DNA of 64,000 nucleotides, taken from the IMG/VR virus record IMGVR_UViG_3300037461_001375. One strand, given 5' to 3'. Below the pieces are notes generated by a model. It searched no databases. It had not been told where the DNA came from and saw only the letters and a list, made by a program, of their open reading frames with translations. Shown here piece after piece: positions 8,678 through 17,668 of this stretch (positions within the stretch are counted from its first letter, which is position 1; each line of letters starts with the position of its first letter). The position numbers were made by a program, and so were the translations under genes. Source of the stretch: an uncultured virus (IMG/VR IMGVR_UViG_3300037461_001375). Lineage: Duplodnaviria > Heunggongvirae > Uroviricota > Caudoviricetes.

Positions 8678-9346
8678 TTAGTCTGGCTTCTTTGAGCAGT
8701 TAAGGTTTAGGTCTCGACATGTTAGAGCAACGCCAAACGAAGCAATAGCAAACGTTCTTGCATCGGCGTCGATTTGCATCGTGGAGGAAAAGTCCACAAG
8801 AGCCAGCAAGTAAATTGCAACTCGCAAACAAAGTTCACTGAACTTGTACGCAAACGTGTATCTCGGGGCTGAAAGTAGCTCGGGCACTCCTTTCGATTTT
8901 CCAGCAACATCAGACAAGAACGTTGTGGTGTAATACGCTCCGAGAGAGTAGGCGCTGAGTAATTGATACATCAGCAAAACAAAGGATTCCCTACTGATCT
9001 CAAATGTCTTGGGAAACTGTTTAGTGTCCGTCAATTCCGAATTACAACGTTTCAAAACTTCAGTAAACTTTTGACGAATTTCAGGAGAGATCCTATTCAC
9101 GGAGCGCTCTTCAGCTCCCAAGTTAGAAGTCAGAGAAATTGCAGAATCCGAGCTGAGAGCCCAAACCAAGCTGGCGAGTTTTCCTCTCTCGCGTTGAACC
9201 AATACAACAGGCACAGGTTTGCTCAGGAATTCTTTGATGATTTTTCTGTAGACGTCTGTAGTCTGGTCGCAATAGCGACACAAAAAAGACAAAAACTTTT
9301 CATCCAAAAGAATATCGCGAACATCTGAATTCACCTGCATTAGCAT
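8678..9346 (-). CDS. hypothetical protein
   Basis: long ORF overlapping the upstream gene. Confidence 0.6.
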   Translation of the reverse strand: MLMQVNSDVRDILLDEKFLSFLCRYCDQTTDVYRKIIKEFLSKPVPVVLVQRERGKLASLVWALSSDSAISLTSNLGAEERSVNRISPEIRQKFTEVLKRCNSELTDTKQFPKTFEISRESFVLLMYQLLSAYSLGAYYTTTFLSDVAGKSKGVPELLSAPRYTFAYKFSELCLRVAIYLLALVDFSSTMQIDADARTFAIASFGVALTCRDLNLNCSKKPD

Positions 9347-9924
9347 TCCCCCGAAGTTTCTATGATGTTCAACAGTTCAGAGATGGATCCATCGACAACC
9401 TCTTCTGCTTCTGAAATTACGTTTGGGGAGAAAAAACCTTTCAGGATACTGTAGAGCCTCGAACCGTCAATTCCCGTCAGTAGAGAAACTCGGAAGCCGA
9501 GGGCATTCACGCAACGAATTGTTCCAAGTAAAACTTTTCCGTCAATCTGAGATCTATTCAGCCTTACCGAGATAGCATCTTCATTCTCGGACGCATCTAT
9601 GTAATTCAAAATATTGTAGCAAAGGTACACACAGCTCAAAGCAAAAAGGGAAGAAATGTTCAAAAAAGATAAACTTCCGTCACATTGATCTAAAAAAAAC
9701 TTGCGCTCAGCAGATTTCAACTCCGGGCGTCCGTGAGACTCAGACAAAGCAATCGAAGAAAGATACAAAAGCTCTGCTTTGTCGTTCAGCATTGTGTTGT
9801 TCGAGTTCAAGATTTGAATCAAAGACTCCAAAACCCAAACCCACGTTTGTTTCGATTCGGTAACTACAGCTATGTTTGGATCTGGCCCAAAGCCCACTCG
9901 TTCTCTGCTATCCATAATTCCCAC
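9340..9924 (-). CDS. hypothetical protein
   Basis: ORF track; GGAGGAG RBS before ATG 9915. Confidence 0.6.
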   Translation of the reverse strand: MGIMDSRERVGFGPDPNIAVVTESKQTWVWVLESLIQILNSNNTMLNDKAELLYLSSIALSESHGRPELKSAERKFFLDQCDGSLSFLNISSLFALSCVYLCYNILNYIDASENEDAISVRLNRSQIDGKVLLGTIRCVNALGFRVSLLTGIDGSRLYSILKGFFSPNVISEAEEVVDGSISELLNIIETSGEC

Positions 9925-10994
9925 TCCTCCTTGCTTTCAAAAGAACGACCAGAAGGTTTGCCGTTTTCGCCGGGAACAACTTGAACAACCTTGCCATTCT
10001 TTTCGGCAATCAACCCTTCGGTTTGAAGCAACTCAAAAAGGCCTGCCGTTTTCGACAAGCCTTTTTGAAAGTCTAGATAGAAATGGCACTCCTTGTGCAG
10101 CGTGCTTCCAAGTTTTGTCTTTGTAATTTGGGCTCGAATCCAGAAGCCCAACATTTCGCCTTTCTCAGTGACGGCCATTCCAAGCTTTTTGCGCTGTTCT
10201 TTCGAAATCTTTACACCCGTGTATTTTCCAAAAACTTTTCCTCGCCTAGAGGGTTGAAGCATTATTTCCAGCGAGGCAAAGAAGTGTGGGGCATTTCCTC
10301 CGGGAGTTCTTTTCTTGCTCCCAAACAAAACCATGGGATCATCTCTAGTCTGATTTATCAGAACAAGGGTTGTTGGATGTCTTGCAACTTCTCGGACGGC
10401 ACGCCTAAACGAAGTACCCAAAGCTTGACTGCGCCCGCCACCATATTGAAAGCTCCCAGTGTTTGACAACTCCGTATCCATGGTTCGGGAAGGTTCCATG
10501 GCTTCGATGGAATCAACGCCCCACAGTATAGGAGCGTCAGGGGCTTCGGTTCGAATATTTTTAATGAATTCCAAGCCACTGTCAAAAGCGTGTTCGATTG
10601 ACTGAGGTGCAACTAGTAGCTGCAAAAGAGATAAGTCGAGGCCGATACGCTCCGGGAAGTAAGTGTCGCGAGTCCCTTCAGATTCTGAGCAGAGAGCAAA
10701 ACCGTTTTCCAAATTGAGTACCGAAAGAAAAGCGTGGTCCAGTATCAAACTTTTTGCTGTACTCCATTCTCCAGCAATATGAACAATACGGCCACGCTTT
10801 GGTCCTACTGGAAAGCCCCCGGGGTTGAACCCCCGACAAATTCTGTCGAGGGCCCAACTCCCGGTAGAAACCCAAAGCTCAGGAACGGAAAGAGACTCGG
10901 AGGCTACTTCGACAAGAACGTTATCGCCAAACTTTCTTTCAACAACTGAGGCAGCTTTCTGCATCAGCTTGCGTCGAATATCACTCCGAGTCAC
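9870..10994 (-). CDS. RecA/UvsX-like recombinase
   Basis: STGSWALD, GRIVHIAGEWSTAKS, VDS, INQTR, TPGGNAPHFFAS RecA motifs. Confidence 0.9.
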   Translation of the reverse strand: MTRSDIRRKLMQKAASVVERKFGDNVLVEVASESLSVPELWVSTGSWALDRICRGFNPGGFPVGPKRGRIVHIAGEWSTAKSLILDHAFLSVLNLENGFALCSESEGTRDTYFPERIGLDLSLLQLLVAPQSIEHAFDSGLEFIKNIRTEAPDAPILWGVDSIEAMEPSRTMDTELSNTGSFQYGGGRSQALGTSFRRAVREVARHPTTLVLINQTRDDPMVLFGSKKRTPGGNAPHFFASLEIMLQPSRRGKVFGKYTGVKISKEQRKKLGMAVTEKGEMLGFWIRAQITKTKLGSTLHKECHFYLDFQKGLSKTAGLFELLQTEGLIAEKNGKVVQVVPGENGKPSGRSFESKEEWELWIAENEWALGQIQT

Positions 10995-11006
10995 TGGAAT
11001 TTTCCT

Positions 11007-12140
11007 TTACTTCTTACGAGGGGAAGCTTTGGCAGCAGGCTTCGACGCCTTGGTCGGTTTGGGTGCCTGCTTCGCAGCCTTGGATCCTACAGCGCGTTCG
11101 AGTTCTTCGAAGAGATCTTCCTCGTCCGCTTCCTCTTCCTCCTCTTCCTCCTCTTCGTCCTCGTCCTCTACTTCCTCATCCTCGTCTTCGAGTTCCTCGT
11201 CATCTTCCTCTTCGTCCTCGTCCTCTACTTCCTCATCCTCGTCTTCGACTTCCTCGTCCTCTTCCTCTTCGTCGGCCGCTTCTTCTTCCTCTTCCTCAGC
11301 AACCGGCGTTTCTTCCTCGGGCTCTTCCTCGATTACGGCCTTTTTCTTTTTTGCCACGGCCTTCTTTTGCACGACCTCTTCCTCTACCTCGTCCTCGCTA
11401 TCGGAGACGACTGCATCGGAATCCGGCTCGGTCCCAAACAAAGCTTTGTAATTATCCTTGTAGGCCCGGGTATTGTCGCGAAGGAAAGCTTCCAAATCGA
11501 GAAGCCCGTCGGAGAAACCCTTCCACAAAGCCTTTTCCTTCATGGTATACAGAGGGGAGGCTTGCTTGGCAGGCTTGATGTCCCATCGACCACCCTTTCC
11601 GGCTGGCCTGCTGAAAATCAAATCGTAGCCCTCGTTGATGTCGGACACGTCCCCAAAGGCTTCGTCTTCGTCCCCGTCGCCAGTCATGATGGAAATAATC
11701 TGGCTAAATTGGGGACCGGTCAAAACAATGTAGCCAACGTCATCCATCGTTCGCTCGCCAGCTTTTCCGACAACAGCGTTGACCAGAAAAACTTCCCGAG
11801 CTTCGAGTTCATCGGCTTGGGCCTGCAATTCGGGATCGCTACTTCGTCGGAGTTCCTTGACTCTCTCGCAAAAAGGACAAGGCTTTTTCAGAGTTGCAGC
11901 GCACCATGCAGGTTGCAGTTGACCGGAAGCGTTGGTGAACCAGTGCTGCTTTGCCGGAACAAAAATCATTTCGTCTTCGTTGCTGTCCCACCGGGGAAGC
12001 AAACGAATTGTTACTTTGCCTCCGGGACGAACAACAGCCTTTGAGCCAGTAAGATCAATTCGCCGACCGTCGCCACTGAAACTGGTGACTTCCTCGGCCT
12101 TCTTGCGCATCATCTCGAAAACTTTCTTACTCAGAGCCAT
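11007..12140 (-). CDS. single-stranded DNA-binding protein (T4 gp32-like) with long acidic tail
   Basis: IRLLP, H..C...CPFC zinc site, GDVSDINEGYDL pattern; GGAGG RBS. Confidence 0.8.
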   Translation of the reverse strand: MALSKKVFEMMRKKAEEVTSFSGDGRRIDLTGSKAVVRPGGKVTIRLLPRWDSNEDEMIFVPAKQHWFTNASGQLQPAWCAATLKKPCPFCERVKELRRSSDPELQAQADELEAREVFLVNAVVGKAGERTMDDVGYIVLTGPQFSQIISIMTGDGDEDEAFGDVSDINEGYDLIFSRPAGKGGRWDIKPAKQASPLYTMKEKALWKGFSDGLLDLEAFLRDNTRAYKDNYKALFGTEPDSDAVVSDSEDEVEEEVVQKKAVAKKKKAVIEEEPEEETPVAEEEEEEAADEEEEDEEVEDEDEEVEDEDEEEDDEELEDEDEEVEDEDEEEEEEEEEADEEDLFEELERAVGSKAAKQAPKPTKASKPAAKASPRKK

Positions 12141-12153
12141 ATTCAGTACCTCC

Positions 12154-12702
12154 TTAGTTTGTTGACGTTCTTTTTGTTTTAGCCAGCTTTGCCCGAAAAT
12201 CGTTTGCTCTCTTCTTTGCCAACTCTACCCTCCCGATTGGAGTTTTCGGAACTGAAAGATTGTATTCCATTTCGGCTCGCATATTTCTCGCCAATTCTAT
12301 GAGACAATCCTTTCTTGATTGAAGAGCTTGACGACCGACAGTTATCCTTGACAAAACACTCTGCGACTTAGCAACTTCTTGCTTCAAAGCGACGTGTTTT
12401 GTATTTCGAATAATTTTTCCTTTGATCTTGTCTAGCGTTGGCTTCTTGTCTTGCTCTTGAGATAGTTTGGTTTCGTACACTTCGAAAAGCTTTGCTTCCA
12501 ACAATGCCAACTCGTTTTTCTTAGATTCTGCCTCCTCTCTTGCAGCGTTCTCAAGCATTAACCAATGTGCGAAAACCTTGGAGTGTTCAACCAAGGCTAC
12601 ATTCACAGAGTCAATATCGTTTTCAAAATGCAGTTGTGATTGAAGATCCTCAGAGTAATCTCGATCTAGTAGACGAAAAGATATTGGTTCATCTTCGATC
12701 AT
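12154..12702 (-). CDS. UvsY-like recombination mediator (putative)
   Basis: helical coiled protein next to SSB and RecA, ends ..RKDCLIELARNMRAEM; start reassigned to ATG 12702 (GAGGGG RBS). Confidence 0.5.
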   Translation of the reverse strand: MIEDEPISFRLLDRDYSEDLQSQLHFENDIDSVNVALVEHSKVFAHWLMLENAAREEAESKKNELALLEAKLFEVYETKLSQEQDKKPTLDKIKGKIIRNTKHVALKQEVAKSQSVLSRITVGRQALQSRKDCLIELARNMRAEMEYNLSVPKTPIGRVELAKKRANDFRAKLAKTKRTSTN

Positions 12703-12763
12703 TTCGACCCCCTCAAAATGCTTATCGCTGCAACCCGGATGCCTCGTGACGGTTACATAAAAG

Positions 12764-13114
12764 TTACGGGGCCGTACAAGCAGAGGTCCAAGTTCCTGAA
12801 TCCACAATCCACTTGCTATCTATCTTGCTTTTGCCTTTCAAGTCGGGCCAGAAAACAACACCACCCTCGACATTGCTATCGGTAGTAAAAAATCCCGAAA
12901 TGTATTTCCCCCCGATCCTCGTGCAAGCAGGGACGGAAAAATACGTGTCTGCGTAATTGGTTGCGTAAGCCGTCCTGCGAAGCTTTGTTCCGCCTATCGG
13001 GCAATTTTTGATCTTGGCATAGGGGCCCAAGCAATCGAAAGGGCCTCCCGGCCGCCAGCCAATGGCCCCGTTTGAAAACAAAAACATTTCTCTTGCTGCA
13101 AACTTCTGTCCCAT
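12764..13114 (-). CDS. hypothetical protein
   Basis: ORF with G-rich RBS, downstream of a promoter. Confidence 0.6.
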   Translation of the reverse strand: MGQKFAAREMFLFSNGAIGWRPGGPFDCLGPYAKIKNCPIGGTKLRRTAYATNYADTYFSVPACTRIGGKYISGFFTTDSNVEGGVVFWPDLKGKSKIDSKWIVDSGTWTSACTAP

Positions 13115-13116
13115 AG

Positions 13117-13356
13117 TCAGCCCCCTTTCTTCTTGTGTTGAGCCAATCTTTCGGCGACCAAAGAATCACAGAGCTTAGAAAGAGATTTTTGCAACGCAGA
13201 AATTTTGTCTTGAATACTGGATCCGTCTTCCGGTGAAGAGTTTTCGTTCAAATCAATTTCGTACGTGTAGCCTACAGTTACTGTCTCTGATTCGTAAGGT
13301 TTTACTTGAAACGTTCTCTTTGACTCGGCCGATATTGTTGCTTTCTTGGATCTCAT
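13117..13356 (-). CDS. hypothetical protein
   Basis: GGGGAGG RBS; first gene after promoter 13387-13415. Confidence 0.65.
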   Translation of the reverse strand: MRSKKATISAESKRTFQVKPYESETVTVGYTYEIDLNENSSPEDGSSIQDKISALQKSLSKLCDSLVAERLAQHKKKGG

Positions 13357-13386
13357 AGCCTCCCCTTTCTTTCACGAAGTCCGACG

Positions 13387-13415
13387 AGTGTATCACAGCC
13401 GAAAACGTTTGTCAA
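13387..13415 (-). promoter_or_regulatory. sigma70-type promoter TTGACA-17-TACACT
   Basis: -35 at 13410-13415, -10 at 13387-13392, extended TG, intergenic. Confidence 0.8.
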
Positions 13416-13435
13416 GCCCCCACATCCCCCGGTAC

Positions 13436-13465
13436 TAGATATACTAGTCTAGACTAGTCTATCTA
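13436..13465. repeat. 30-bp near-perfect palindrome TAGATAtACTAGTCTAGACTAGTcTATCTA
   Basis: perfect 16-bp core at 13443-13458 plus 6-bp arms, one mismatch. Confidence 0.9.
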
Positions 13466-13503
13466 TCGGCGCTTCCCACACGTCAACCGCCTACCTCAAA
13501 CGC

Positions 13504-15087
13504 CTAGCGAACAGGCATGGGTTCCAGCCCGAATATTTTAGAAGCCTCGTTGTAGTCCATCAGATTCCCCATATCTGGGCCAACTTGTAAATCTATTCGA
13601 TATGGTACGTCTGCTGTCAATCTCCAATCAAATGGAATTGCCGTACATCTGCGAGCAATAACTTTCATTACCGGCTCCAAAAATCCCGGAGCACAATCAC
13701 CCCACCCTGAGTCGTGAACTGTATTTGTATGCCAAGCCAAAAAAGGTTTACCATTAGGTCCGGGGCCTTCGTGAAATCTCCAGTTAGCTGCCTCTGGGAA
13801 CAAAACGCCGGAACGACCACCCCACATGGGAGCCGCAGACAGAGGCACGTATTCTCCGTGATACATCAAAGCAAGCATCCACAAATTATCAGTAGCCGAC
13901 ATGCTTTGAGTAGGAGTATTGGCGCAAGTATGGAAAGCGTGATCCAAAGCGCGACGGTCCTCGAAAGCGACATTCCAGATAGCTCGCCCACCACGAAATC
14001 CGATAAATCGGGCAGATTCTGGATAGTCAATCCATCGTCTACGGCCATAGCCATCTTCGCAGTAATGGTTTTTCCCGAGAAGTGCCTTGTCTAATTCCAT
14101 CAACTCGGACAACTCAGGATACCCCTCGAAAAATCTGCTGTGTCTCAATTCGGCTTCTTCATCGTCAATTCGAATACGAGCCCTATTCCACAAAGTTGAT
14201 TTTAGAGTGTAGGAGCTTCCACCATAAAGCAATGCAAAATTTGTCTGCTTGCCGACAGCATCTCGCTCGTAATCGCCCTTAGTAAATGTTCCCTCTGGGA
14301 CGCCATACAAAACAGCAGCAGTGCGAGCGTGAATATCTTTGCCGTTTCTTATGTAGTCCCACAAAGTATTGTTGCTTGTTTTGCACAAAAGCTTAGTAAG
14401 CATGGCAGCCCGAACAGCCATCTCGGCGCCCGATATATCCCACCGAAATACAGACCCATGAATTTTTGGATTCCAAGTCTCTTTGTCAGCAGGCTTGATT
14501 CGGGGGACTATGCAGGACTTCAAGGCCTTTGCAACTTCCTTGTCTGACTTTTCGGGAATTTGGTGAACAGGAGGATCGCTAGCACTAATGCGCGAAGTTC
14601 TAACGACAGCCCAGTTGAATTGGGGATGAATACAGCCGTCGGATTTGATTGCAGCATAAAAGGGAATAATGTTTGTGCTTATTGCTCTGGTCAGTGACTT
14701 GAGTTTCAAAATATCACGAACCTCTTGCAAATCATCGTCCCGGGGATTGACCAAGCAAGCGTACTCCCGAAGAACCTCAGAGCCTACGGAAGGCTGGGAA
14801 GTTTTCTCGGTAAGAACAGTGCATTCCAGATTCAAACCTTTTTTTCCGTACAAGTATTTTCGCAAAGCAGTATCGCTTGGTCGGTCTGCAATACTGAACG
14901 TCATGTCGATACCAAATCTCGAAGCCGATTCGGCAATCTGTGTTTTCAAAGCTTCAACTTCTTTTTTGAAAGCCTTGAATGTCTGAGCCAACCTATTTTT
15001 TGACATTGGAATTCCAGCACGCCGAATTGCCGACACGGCAGAATTAGCCGGAACCAGAATATTTTTGTAGTAGTCCCCGATTCTCAT
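13504..15087 (-). CDS. DNA polymerase family A, polymerase subunit
   Basis: TSRISASDPPVHQIP, motif A WDISGAEM, motif B KQTNFALLYG, motif C VHDS. Confidence 0.9.
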   Translation of the reverse strand: MRIGDYYKNILVPANSAVSAIRRAGIPMSKNRLAQTFKAFKKEVEALKTQIAESASRFGIDMTFSIADRPSDTALRKYLYGKKGLNLECTVLTEKTSQPSVGSEVLREYACLVNPRDDDLQEVRDILKLKSLTRAISTNIIPFYAAIKSDGCIHPQFNWAVVRTSRISASDPPVHQIPEKSDKEVAKALKSCIVPRIKPADKETWNPKIHGSVFRWDISGAEMAVRAAMLTKLLCKTSNNTLWDYIRNGKDIHARTAAVLYGVPEGTFTKGDYERDAVGKQTNFALLYGGSSYTLKSTLWNRARIRIDDEEAELRHSRFFEGYPELSELMELDKALLGKNHYCEDGYGRRRWIDYPESARFIGFRGGRAIWNVAFEDRRALDHAFHTCANTPTQSMSATDNLWMLALMYHGEYVPLSAAPMWGGRSGVLFPEAANWRFHEGPGPNGKPFLAWHTNTVHDSGWGDCAPGFLEPVMKVIARRCTAIPFDWRLTADVPYRIDLQVGPDMGNLMDYNEASKIFGLEPMPVR

Positions 15088-16277
15088 GGGCAGTACTCTC
15101 CCTTCTTCAGTTTCGCTTCCAATATTTTCACAAGCTTGAATGTGCTCACTGCGTCACGAACCGCACCCTCTGCAACGACAGAAGTTGGGTGTTCGGCCAT
15201 GCGACTCTTGTCAACGTCCCAGTAGGAAGATTCGTTTAGAATTTCCATCACGGCACGCTCTAGCGTATTGGAAGCCCGTCGCCCGTCACCGAGAGAAATC
15301 AGAGCCAGAAGTCCGTCTCCGGATCTGTTGTTTATTCCATCAACCCAACCCTGATAGATCAAACCTTCTTCGTCAAAATTTCCATGGAAAGCCCACTTTG
15401 GTTGAGACGACATGAAAAGTTTGTTTAGTATTCTTTTGCACTCTTCCTTGTTGTCCTCGTCGGCTTTGAAGTCGATCCAAAACCCAGAGTTTTTGTTATA
15501 GGCCACTGCAAGACCACGTACTCGAAAGTCCTTGTGAAAAGGATTTGTTGAGACAGCTTTTCTGGAAGGAGTCTCGTAGCAATCGTAAGTTTCAATATCA
15601 AAAGCAAACGTACTTCCAGACTGAACCAACAGGTCTATAACATTTTCGGCATCAGCTACTCGTTCAAATATTCCTATGGTTATGTCGGGTAAATTGTCAG
15701 ATCCTTGAACTCGTTTGCAAAAAGTGAAGATGTCTTTTTCGAATTGACGTCGCCACTCTTCAGCACCTGAACGTAGAATAGCAGCAGGATGCAGCGTCGG
15801 AAAAACTCTGCGATTTTCTGGATGGGGAGTTAGCCACCACACGCCTCTAATTTTTGTTATCTGAAGTTTTGTATCTTGAAGGATAACTTTGGCAGTGTCT
15901 GATCCCATAGCCAGAATTGGCAGAGACGGAAATTTGTTCAAGTCGGCATACATGTACTCGGAGCATCTTCGCTGAGCTTTTTTCCACGAAGAGTCAAACT
16001 TGTCTTCTATTGGTCGACATCTGGTTAAGTTTGCGTAGGCTACATCCCTCTCTGGATTTACACCTGCACGTTTTAGAGTCGACCGTAGAAGGTCCCCGGC
16101 TTTTCCTGTGAATCCGATTCCGGTGATTTCCTCAGTAGCTCCGGGAGCCAAACCTAAAGCAAAAAACTTTGGATTATTCGGAATGCAGGGTAAAACTTTT
16201 ATGTTGCTGTTCAGAGGGCATTCAGAACAAGGGCTACTTGTTATCTTCGGAGCTACTTCCGGCTTCTTTTTCGGCAT
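15084..16277 (-). CDS. uracil-DNA glycosylase-like domain fused to a 3'-5' exonuclease (N-terminal subunit of a split DNA polymerase)
   Basis: CSECPL, GLAPG, NLTRCRP, HPAAILR (UDG family 4/5); FDIETY, NFD, RDA (Exo I-III). Confidence 0.85.
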   Translation of the reverse strand: MPKKKPEVAPKITSSPCSECPLNSNIKVLPCIPNNPKFFALGLAPGATEEITGIGFTGKAGDLLRSTLKRAGVNPERDVAYANLTRCRPIEDKFDSSWKKAQRRCSEYMYADLNKFPSLPILAMGSDTAKVILQDTKLQITKIRGVWWLTPHPENRRVFPTLHPAAILRSGAEEWRRQFEKDIFTFCKRVQGSDNLPDITIGIFERVADAENVIDLLVQSGSTFAFDIETYDCYETPSRKAVSTNPFHKDFRVRGLAVAYNKNSGFWIDFKADEDNKEECKRILNKLFMSSQPKWAFHGNFDEEGLIYQGWVDGINNRSGDGLLALISLGDGRRASNTLERAVMEILNESSYWDVDKSRMAEHPTSVVAEGAVRDAVSTFKLVKILEAKLKKGEYCP

Positions 16278-16527
16278 CTCTGTCCTCCGTTAGCAACTTT
16301 TCCATTATCTCTTTTTCAACACCCACTTCGACAAAGTGTAAATACAAAGCAAAAAATCCACTCAGTAAAAATAAACAGATTAGCACAATGGAAAAAATTG
16401 TGAATGAACTTTTACACGACTGAAACAGAATGCCGAAGCAAACTCCACAGTAAAGCATTAGGCCTAAAGAAATACGTCTACTCTGCCACCACCTTTCAAG
16501 ACTCATTTGTGCTTCATCATTATCCAT
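16234..16527 (-). CDS. small membrane protein (2 TM)
   Basis: GGAGG RBS; two hydrophobic stretches. Confidence 0.6.
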   Translation of the reverse strand: MDNDEAQMSLERWWQSRRISLGLMLYCGVCFGILFQSCKSSFTIFSIVLICLFLLSGFFALYLHFVEVGVEKEIMEKLLTEDRDAEKEAGSSSEDNK

Positions 16528-16535
16528 AAAACCTC

Positions 16536-17594
16536 CTAGTAGTTGCTGATGTCTGCTGCTGGTTTTTTTCCTACATTTTTTGGGACAGAGGCTGGCTTGA
16601 TTACTCGACGATTGTTTGCGTTGCTCACAACTTCCATTCTTTGGCCGTTCGGCAAAATTCCTCTGGACATCAAATACACTGTCTGGCGCAAACCTTTTCG
16701 CGAGCGTTTCGGGAAAATCTCGCTGAGAATTTCAACGATTTCGTCTACTTCAAACCCAACACTCCCTCGCTTTAGCATCAAAGCCAAAGCTGTAGCCATT
16801 ACGCCGGGCTTTACCATGATGTGTTCTGGTGGGTGCCTGACTCCGCTACGCTTTGCCCTAGTACTATTCACTGCCGACTTTGCTGTAAGCCGAGCTTTTC
16901 GTTCTCGCTCATACTCAGCATTATACAGAGAACGTTTTATGGATTGAGGAGTCAAAGCCCTTATGATGTCTTCACGAGTCGGAATATCGTTTATCAACGG
17001 GTCGTCAAGATAGTCCTTAATTGTTGGCATTTTTTCTTCCTTGACAAAGTTTAGAACTAAAACTTTTAGTTTTCGAAATCGTGCATCAAAAACCTCTTCG
17101 TCACATTCGAGACTCAAACGAACAGCTTCCGGAAGTAGCGTCAACCAATTTCTTGTTTTCTTCGTGTCAGATAAAATACGCAGTGCGTTCAAAGTTTTTA
17201 CAGAAGGGAAAACCATTTCTTTCAGAATTTCGGAGAGGTAGTCGGGCAGATAGCTCAAAAACTTTTCTATGTCGAGAGTTGATTCCACGTCATCGATTGG
17301 GCTGAAAACCAAATCATCGTCTTGGATTTCTACGTATTCTGACGAAGACATTTTTGGTCTGGACTTGGATATGAGTTTTCTCTTTGTCGCTACAGAAGCC
17401 AATCTAAGAAGCTCGGATTTTGTCACCGTAGGGTATTCGTTCCAAAGCGCGTACAGAACTACACTGCTTTCCTGATACAAATCATCGGCGTCCAAAAAAG
17501 GATAATGTTTTGCAAAAACTTCGCACTTTCTACGAACAACTTTGGATGAAGAATTCAAAAACTGTTCGAATGTATCGAAGTATCGACTGCGCAT
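16536..17594 (-). CDS. RNA polymerase sigma factor-like protein with C-terminal extension
   Basis: DADDLYQESSVVLY (region 2-like), LSYLPDYLSEILK (region 4-like); likely start ATG 17594. Confidence 0.55.
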   Translation of the reverse strand: MRSRYFDTFEQFLNSSSKVVRRKCEVFAKHYPFLDADDLYQESSVVLYALWNEYPTVTKSELLRLASVATKRKLISKSRPKMSSSEYVEIQDDDLVFSPIDDVESTLDIEKFLSYLPDYLSEILKEMVFPSVKTLNALRILSDTKKTRNWLTLLPEAVRLSLECDEEVFDARFRKLKVLVLNFVKEEKMPTIKDYLDDPLINDIPTREDIIRALTPQSIKRSLYNAEYERERKARLTAKSAVNSTRAKRSGVRHPPEHIMVKPGVMATALALMLKRGSVGFEVDEIVEILSEIFPKRSRKGLRQTVYLMSRGILPNGQRMEVVSNANNRRVIKPASVPKNVGKKPAADISNY

Positions 17595-17613
17595 TGAACC
17601 CCCATGCAGTGGC

Positions 17614-17660
17614 AAAAAGGAAATAGGCGTCCGACAATTTTTAGTTGTCGGACGCCTATT
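17614..17660 (-). terminator. intrinsic terminator
   Basis: 16-bp perfect stem aataggcgtccgacaa/ttgtcggacgcctatt followed by TCCTTTTT on the minus strand. Confidence 0.85.
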
Positions 17661-17668
17661 GCTATTGC

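Noticed and set aside
3340..12044. Long plus-strand ORFs (3340-3936, 10825-11451, 11063-11578, 11367-12044)
   Set aside because: Antisense shadows of low-complexity acidic genes; poly-Ser/Leu/Pro products with no motifs
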